A program made the translations under genes and the position numbers. Positions 1 through 64,000 of a stretch of 64,000 bases of DNA are shown here, piece after piece. Positions within the stretch are counted from its first letter, which is position 1. The number at the start of each line of letters is the position of its first letter. The notes below the pieces were generated by a model. The model was not told where the DNA came from. It saw nothing but the letters and a program-made list of their open reading frames with translations, and searched no databases. The stretch covers positions 39,060,001 through 39,124,000 of the forward strand of contig OX597829.1 in the NCBI GenBank assembly GCA_951406725.2, given 5' to 3'. Origin of the DNA: Octopus vulgaris (taxonomy: Eukaryota).

Positions 1-100
1 GTGTGCGTGTGTGTGTGTGTGTGTGGTGTGTGTGTGTGTGGTGTGTGTGTGTGTGTGCGTGGTGTGTGTGTGTGTGCGTGGTGTGTGCGTGCGTGCATGC
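1..100. repeat. (GT)n microsatellite. Further (TA)n/(TG)n/(CA)n tracts near 500, 5980-6330, 6610-6850, 14120, 27270, 43680
   Basis: Read directly. Confidence 0.95.
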
Positions 101-309
101 GCAGAAGTGGGATGGTGGACATTCAACAGTGGAAAGAAAAAATCAAACAGCATTTCAGCTTTGTGTGTATATGTGTGTGCATGTACAAGGGAATGTTTGT
201 ATGTGTGAACCAGCGTTCTCTCAGTAACAAATGATGATCGATGTCACATCTCAAAAGACAACCACTAGATAACATTGACAAGTGTATTAATTTGATTTAT
301 CTTCCATAG

Positions 310-516
310 TTACTCTTTTACTTGTTTCAGTCATTTGACTGCAGCCATGCTGGAGCACTGCCTTTAATCGAGCAACTCGACCCCGGGACTTATTCTTTGT
401 AAGCCCAGTACTTATTCTATCGGTCTCTTTTGCCGAACCGCTAAGTGACAGGGACATAAACACACCACCATTGGTTGTCAAGCAATGCTAGGGGGACAAA
501 CACAGACACACAAATA

Positions 517-555
<39 letters not shown>

Positions 556-737
556 TACACACACATATATATGACAGGCTTCTTTTCAGTTTCCGTCTAC
601 CAAATCCACTCACAAAGCTTTGGTCGGCCCGAGGCTATAGCAGAAGACACTTGCCCAAGATGCCACGCAGCGGGACTGAACCCGGAACCATGTGGCTGGT
701 AAGCAAGCTACTTACCACACAGCCACTCCTGCGCCTA
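310..737 (-). mobile_element. SINE family S2 (tRNA-like head, about 420 bp). Other copies about 11885(+), 29253(+), 34605(+), 40840(-), 52110(-), 52805(-), 55293(-), 60265(-)
   Basis: Minus strand aggcgcaggagtggctgtgtggtaag..ggttccgggttcagtcc; internal microsatellite; repeated many times in the window. Confidence 0.85.
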
Positions 738-841
738 ATTGTAGTATTTTATATTTATATATAAAATACTACAATTAGCTATCATTTTTGATGGCACAGG
801 GCCAGCTAGTAATAATAAATAATAATAAAAATTATACTAAC

Positions 842-62730
<61,889 letters not shown>

Positions 62731-64000
62731 TTTGGAAATACCAACTTCATACCACCGGTCAAAAAAACATGTAATGCTACTGGAAGCTTCCAGTAATATA
62801 TTTTAAAATTTCTCACACATAACTTATATTTTTGGACAATCAATTCTACATAGTAGCAATGAAAGACATTGGATATTTTATTTGAGTTTGTTTTCTTTAA
62901 TGTGTGTGTGGGTGTGTGTGTTGAGACTAGAGTTTTTTTTTTTTGGCAGAGCTTCTTTGGTTTTTTTTCTCTTTTTGCCCAAATAAAATTACTGATATGT
63001 TCGAGACAGGGTTTTTTTCTTCACGTTTGATGATAAAATGTATTATGCACTTGTGGAAAAATATGGCAATTAGATGAATAATATATGCTTGCTTTGTTTC
63101 TTAGTGGTTTTTAATCTACATTTTTGATAATTCTTTCTCCTTTCTTCTGTTTCTTTGTTTTAGCAAATGTGGGTTACGTATTGTTGTTGTTACTAAAATC
63201 TGAAGAGGATCTAAGCCACAGCCAAGACACATGGCAAACAGGAAGGTGACATTTTCTAAGTAAGATCACAGAATTATCTAAGAATGTTTCATATTTCTTT
63301 CTTCTCATGTTATTAGCAAACAATATAACAGTTACCAGCTTAAGTCTATGGTTTGTTCTAAGTTCTTTTGCCACTTATATTCTTTAAGTGTCTAAAACTG
63401 AATATAAGGTCACAGTCTTTTAATGTGGTTTTCAGGAACTGCTTAACTGATTGCATGACTAATAAATTAAAATGTGGCTTTTTTCCCTTCTTTGCTTTCA
63501 TAAAACTTCAAAATGATTCTCAGAATTTCAACTGGTTTTAATTCCACACTAACTGTTTCGCCAACTGGAAAAAAAAAAAAGAAAAAAAAAAGAAAATTAA
63601 ATATGTGTTCATACAGCCACACATGCATGTTTGTACATATGAGATATAGAGATTGTGTTAAAGTGTCAGGAAATGCATGAAAGGAAGTAGAGAGAGAGAA
63701 TAAGTGTCAATAGGTTTATGTCAGTAAATTTATACCTGACACTTGTTTAACGTAAGAACTATATGCAATAAACTTCAGATGTTTGAGTGAGAGTAATTTT
63801 TATTTATACATTTCATCCTTCAAACAAATTTAGACAGAAACTGTGTTTATGTGCATGTGTGTATTTTTTTTTATTTTTTTTTTTTTATATATACACAGCT
63901 CGTGAGCTGAAACTAGAATCAATCAATCAATCAATCAATCTAACATTAGAGTCAGGTCAGGGGACCTCATCACAGGCTGATGAGATTGAGATTTGCTACC

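Overview
AT-rich, repeat-saturated animal genomic DNA. The repeat families look like coleoid cephalopod (Octopus-like) sequence; this is inferred from recalled repeat styles, not a search. The only supportable host gene is a minus-strand PDZD8 orthologue (N-terminal TM anchor, SMP domain, first C2 half, PDZ). I reconstructed 10 coding exons by hand (62730 down to 842; 1178 nt, about 392 aa), all GT-AG with matching phases. The gene runs off the left edge, and intron 2 is 36.8 kb. The introns hold tRNA-derived SINEs, RTE and Tx1/L1 relics, several Penelope-like element (PLE) relics, non-autonomous Helitrons, hAT- and piggyBac-like MITEs and several satellites. The strongest unexplained signal is a set of hammerhead-ribozyme-like (HHR) motifs from at least three repeat families, repeatedly arranged head-to-head. 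One family is a tRNA-headed, Pol III-type element carrying a minimal hammerhead, a candidate PLE-mobilised ribozyme-SINE. All family assignments rest on motif recognition from memory; no database searches or folding programs were run.
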